Source: an uncultured virus (IMG/VR IMGVR_UViG_3300027828_000003)
Lineage: Duplodnaviria; Heunggongvirae; Uroviricota; Caudoviricetes
DNA: 20,000 bases
Reading direction: 5' to 3' (one strand)
IMG/VR virus record: IMGVR_UViG_3300027828_000003
Shown here: positions 16,808 to 20,000 of the stretch, piece after piece
Numbering within the stretch: position 1 is the stretch's first letter
Layout of the letters: every line of letters starts with the position of its first letter
Program-made: the position numbers and the translations under genes
Notes under the pieces: model-generated
The model's input: only the letters and a program-made list of their open reading frames with translations
Databases searched by the model: none
What the model was told of the DNA's origin: nothing

Positions 16808-17962
16808 ATGTTCGCTTCCGGTTCTGAACATGCCGTCAGCTACGTGGCGGAATCGACCTATGCGACCACGCCCGGCTCGCCGACCATGAAGGCGCTCCGC
16901 ACGCGCGATGGCGTCAATCTCAACATGACGAAACAGACGCTCACGTCGCAGGAAACCCGCGATGACCGGCAAATCGTCACCGAACGGCACGGCAACCAGC
17001 AATCCGCCGGCGATCTGCCGTTTGAACTGTCCTACAGCAGCCAGGACGATTTCATCGAAGCGGCGCTGATGGGCACTTGGGCGGCTTCGGTCGACCTGAC
17101 CGCGACCGATATCAGCGCGGCCAATTCGGACAACTCGTTCAACACCGTCGGCGCGGTCGATTTCTCGGCTTTCGAGACGGGCGACGAGATCACGGTTTCG
17201 GGCTTCACCGATCCGGACAACAACGGCACCTTCGTCATCGCCACGAAGACCAGCACGAAGATCACCGTCACCGGCGGGACGCTGGCGGATGAGGCGGCGG
17301 GCGATAGTGTCCAGATCGTTTCTTCCCGGCAGAAAGTCACCGCCGGCAAGGTGAACCGCAGTTTCACGATCGAGCGCCGTTTCACCGATATCACCCAGTT
17401 CTTCCGCTATGTCGGCCAGCGTGTGAACACCTTCAATCTCAACATCGCCCCGAATGCCATGGTCACGGGCACCTTCGGCATGGTCGGGTCCGGCCTGACC
17501 CCGTCTGGCACCTCGCTCGGCACGCCGACGGCCGCCCCGACGACGGAAGTCCTGGACAGCTTCACCGGCGTGCTGAAGGAAAACGACACCGAGATCGCCA
17601 TTGTCACCGGTCTCGACCTCAGCCTCGACAACGGCGTGAACCCGCTGTTCGTCGTCGGGTCCAAACAGGTCGCGGAGACCGACCGCGGCCGCAGCAACCT
17701 GACAGGATCGCTGACCGCCTACTTCCCCGACGCGACGCTGCTCAACAAATTCGTCAACGAGACGGAAAGCTCGCTCTACATCACCCTGCCGGACGCCGCC
17801 GGGAACGAGATCCGCATCAATCTGCCGCGGATCAAATACAACGGCGCCGACATCCCGCAGAGCGGTGAAGGCGCGCTCGTGCAGACCCTTCCAATCCGTG
17901 CCCTTCGGGACGCGACGGAGGGGACGAACATCGTCTGGGAGCGGAAGCCGACCACTTCCTAA
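16808..17962 (+). CDS. Major tail tube protein with an inserted beta domain
   Basis: GGAGG RBS before ATG 16808; YVAESTYATTP, SQETRDDRQ and RSFTIERRFTDI motifs; insert FETGDEITVSGF..NNGTF. Confidence 0.88.
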   Translation: MFASGSEHAVSYVAESTYATTPGSPTMKALRTRDGVNLNMTKQTLTSQETRDDRQIVTERHGNQQSAGDLPFELSYSSQDDFIEAALMGTWAASVDLTATDISAANSDNSFNTVGAVDFSAFETGDEITVSGFTDPDNNGTFVIATKTSTKITVTGGTLADEAAGDSVQIVSSRQKVTAGKVNRSFTIERRFTDITQFFRYVGQRVNTFNLNIAPNAMVTGTFGMVGSGLTPSGTSLGTPTAAPTTEVLDSFTGVLKENDTEIAIVTGLDLSLDNGVNPLFVVGSKQVAETDRGRSNLTGSLTAYFPDATLLNKFVNETESSLYITLPDAAGNEIRINLPRIKYNGADIPQSGEGALVQTLPIRALRDATEGTNIVWERKPTTS

Positions 17963-18001
17963 TCCAATCCCATTAACTCACTGCAACAAGGAGAATTGTG
18001 A

Positions 18002-18421
18002 ATGTCTGAGAACGAAAAAAAGAGCGGGGCCGGCTTCGATCTGGCCTCGCTCGACACCATCGCCGCATCCAATGAAGGCGAATGGATGAACGTCATGCAT
18101 CCGAAGACGGATGAACCGATCGGGGCCAGGATCAAACTGGCCGGGCCGGACAGCGATATCGTCAAGAAGGCCCAGAACAAGATCACCAACCGCCGTCTCA
18201 AAGGGCGGGGCCGGAACAAGCTCGACGCGGAGTCGATCAACGAAGAGCAGGTCGAAATGCTTGCTTCCTGCACGCTCGGCTGGGAGGGGATCGTCGTCAA
18301 CGGGGAAGAGGTGAAGTTCTCCAAGGATAACGCGGTCAACCTCTACCTCAAGTATCCCTGGATCATGGAACAGGTGAACATTTTCATCGGTGATCGGGCA
18401 AATTTTATCAAGAGCTCCTGA
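18002..18421 (+). CDS. Tail assembly chaperone (gpG-like)
   Basis: AAGGAG RBS; between tube and tape measure; GPDS, GWEGI and DRANF motifs. Confidence 0.88.
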   Translation: MSENEKKSGAGFDLASLDTIAASNEGEWMNVMHPKTDEPIGARIKLAGPDSDIVKKAQNKITNRRLKGRGRNKLDAESINEEQVEMLASCTLGWEGIVVNGEEVKFSKDNAVNLYLKYPWIMEQVNIFIGDRANFIKSS

Positions 18422-18771
18422 CGGAGCTTGTCGAGTACGCTGAAGAGCAGTTTCGACTGGACGCCCCAGTTTCAAAGGGATCGAAAACCACCCTCCGACA
18501 GACCCTCGAGCAAGTCTACGAGCAGACCGGTAAAATGCCGGAGCGACTTGCGGAAGTCGAGGACCTGTCGGCGGCGCTGATCCACATCTGGACCTGGTTT
18601 CACGAACTGTCAGCCACGCGGGGGAACAACGGCTTCGGCCCATCCCCCATCACCTTCACCGAAATCCAAGCGTGGTCGCAACTGACCGGCCGGACACTCG
18701 ATGTCTGGACGGTAGAAGCGATCAAGGCCGTCGACGCGCGATACCTCTTGGTCGTCAGCGAAAGGGAGTGA
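18400..18771 (+). CDS. -1 frameshift extension of the tail chaperone (gpGT-like)
   Basis: Slippery A-AAT-TTT at 18400-18406; the -1 frame is open (YQELLTELVEYAEEQF...) into ORF 18535-18771 (WTWFHELS..R..GFGPSPITFTEI). Confidence 0.82.
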   Translation, partial: KFYQELLTELVEYAEEQFRLDAPVSKGSKTTLRQTLEQVYEQTGKMPERLAEVEDLSAALIHIWTWFHELSATRGNNGFGPSPITFTEIQAWSQLTGRTLDVWTVEAIKAVDARYLLVVSERE

Positions 18772-18775
18772 TGCA

Positions 18776-20000
18776 ATGGTAATGGATATCGCTTCGCTGG
18801 GCATCGAGGTCGAATCTCGCGACGTCGACACGGCCAACAAACGGCTGGACAAAATGGCGAACGCCGGCGGCGAGGCGGAACGCTCAACTGGTCGGCTTAA
18901 GAAAGCCACAGACCGGTTGAACGATGCGCTTCGCGTGGCCGGCGGCCGCCTTCAGGCGATGGGCCGTCAGTTCTTTTCGATCAAGGGCCTCATTGCGAGC
19001 CTTGGCGTCGGGATCCTCGCGAAATCCTTCCTGGACGCCGCGCGAGAAACCGAGAACTACAGCGTGCGCCTCCAAACGCTCTTGGGCAGCATCGAACTCG
19101 GCAACGAGCTATTCGCCCAGCTGAGCGACTTGGCCGGGCGTGTGCCGTTCGAGTACCGGAACATCATGGACGCCGGCACGACGCTATCCACGGTCATCCG
19201 CTCGAACGTCGAGGACATCACGCTCTGGACGGAAATCACCGCGGACCTGGCCGCCGCGTTCGGCTTCACGATCGAGGACGCCGCACAACAGATGGTGCGC
19301 GCCCTTTCCGCCGGCGCTTCGGCCGCCGACACCTTCCGGGAACGCGGCGTGAACGCCTTCCTGGGCTTTCAGGCCGGTGTTTCCGTCAGCGCCGAGGAAA
19401 CCCGTCGCCGCATCCTGGAACAGTGGGAAAAGGTCGATAGCGGCTTCCGCGGCGCGACTCTTCGGCTGGCCAAAACCTGGGACGGCACAGTGTCTATGCT
19501 CAGTGACAAGTGGTTCCAATTTCGCTACTCGGTCGCCAACAACGGCCCGTTCGAATTCCTGAAGGCCAGCCTGCAAGTTCTCGACGAGGCTATCGGCCTC
19601 AGCTTCGACGAGATCCAGGAACACGGTAAACGCGCCAGCGATGTCGTCATGGATTATGCGGAACGAATTCTACTTGGCACAGCAGGTTTCATCGATTTTG
19701 TGCGGCCAATTATCAACTTCTTCGGCGATGCAATAGGAGGATTTATCGACTTCTACGATGGTCTGCCGCAGTGGGCGAAAGAGATCGGTTTGATTGGGGG
19801 AATCTTACTTGGCCCGAAGTTCGCTATAATGGCTGCTGTCGCAATTGGTCTGATGGAAAATGCTTGGGAGAAAGTCCGTGACCTAGCAAATGAAACCGAA
19901 AACGTCGCTCCGTGGTTCCGCGACTTCATGAACGACCCGATGGGAACCATGGGAATAGAAACAAGCCAAATGCCGTCAGGCTCATTGCTTGGATCGTCAA
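18776..20000 (+). CDS. Tape measure protein (runs off the window)
   Basis: GGGAG RBS; MVMDIASLGIEVESR start; Ala/Gly-rich helical frame read as open to the window end; follows the chaperones. Confidence 0.9.
   Translation, partial: MVMDIASLGIEVESRDVDTANKRLDKMANAGGEAERSTGRLKKATDRLNDALRVAGGRLQAMGRQFFSIKGLIASLGVGILAKSFLDAARETENYSVRLQTLLGSIELGNELFAQLSDLAGRVPFEYRNIMDAGTTLSTVIRSNVEDITLWTEITADLAAAFGFTIEDAAQQMVRALSAGASAADTFRERGVNAFLGFQAGVSVSAEETRRRILEQWEKVDSGFRGATLRLAKTWDGTVSMLSDKWFQFRYSVANNGPFEFLKASLQVLDEAIGLSFDEIQEHGKRASDVVMDYAERILLGTAGFIDFVRPIINFFGDAIGGFIDFYDGLPQWAKEIGLIGGILLGPKFAIMAAVAIGLMENAWEKVRDLANETENVAPWFRDFMNDPMGTMGIETSQMPSGSLLGSS

Overview
The window is part of a tailed dsDNA phage or prophage with siphovirus-type organisation. 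The GC-rich coding sequence would fit a proteobacterial host, but that is a guess. From about 2.9 kb to the right edge is one rightward morphogenesis operon: terS, terL, portal, an inserted 148-aa miniature protein-kinase-like gene, MuF/gp7 minor head protein, a small zinc-binding protein, an atypical CAU-anticodon tRNA, scaffold, P22-like major capsid, two membrane proteins, head-tail adaptor/closure/neck genes, an 845-aa fibre fused to two tandem tail-terminator-like domains, tail tube, a -1 frameshifting tail chaperone pair, and the start of the tape measure. The left 2.9 kb holds two leftward genes: a truncated sliding-clamp-like protein (not in the ORF track) and a 78-aa protein that resembles the clamp's C-terminal extension. 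It also holds a long structured leader, a 40-bp G-quadruplex-forming tandem array and a likely packaging/terminus region. A palindrome ATGAG-N5-CTCAT and a pre-RBS motif ACTGCAACA each recur in intergenic DNA. All calls come from reading motifs by eye; no database searches were run.
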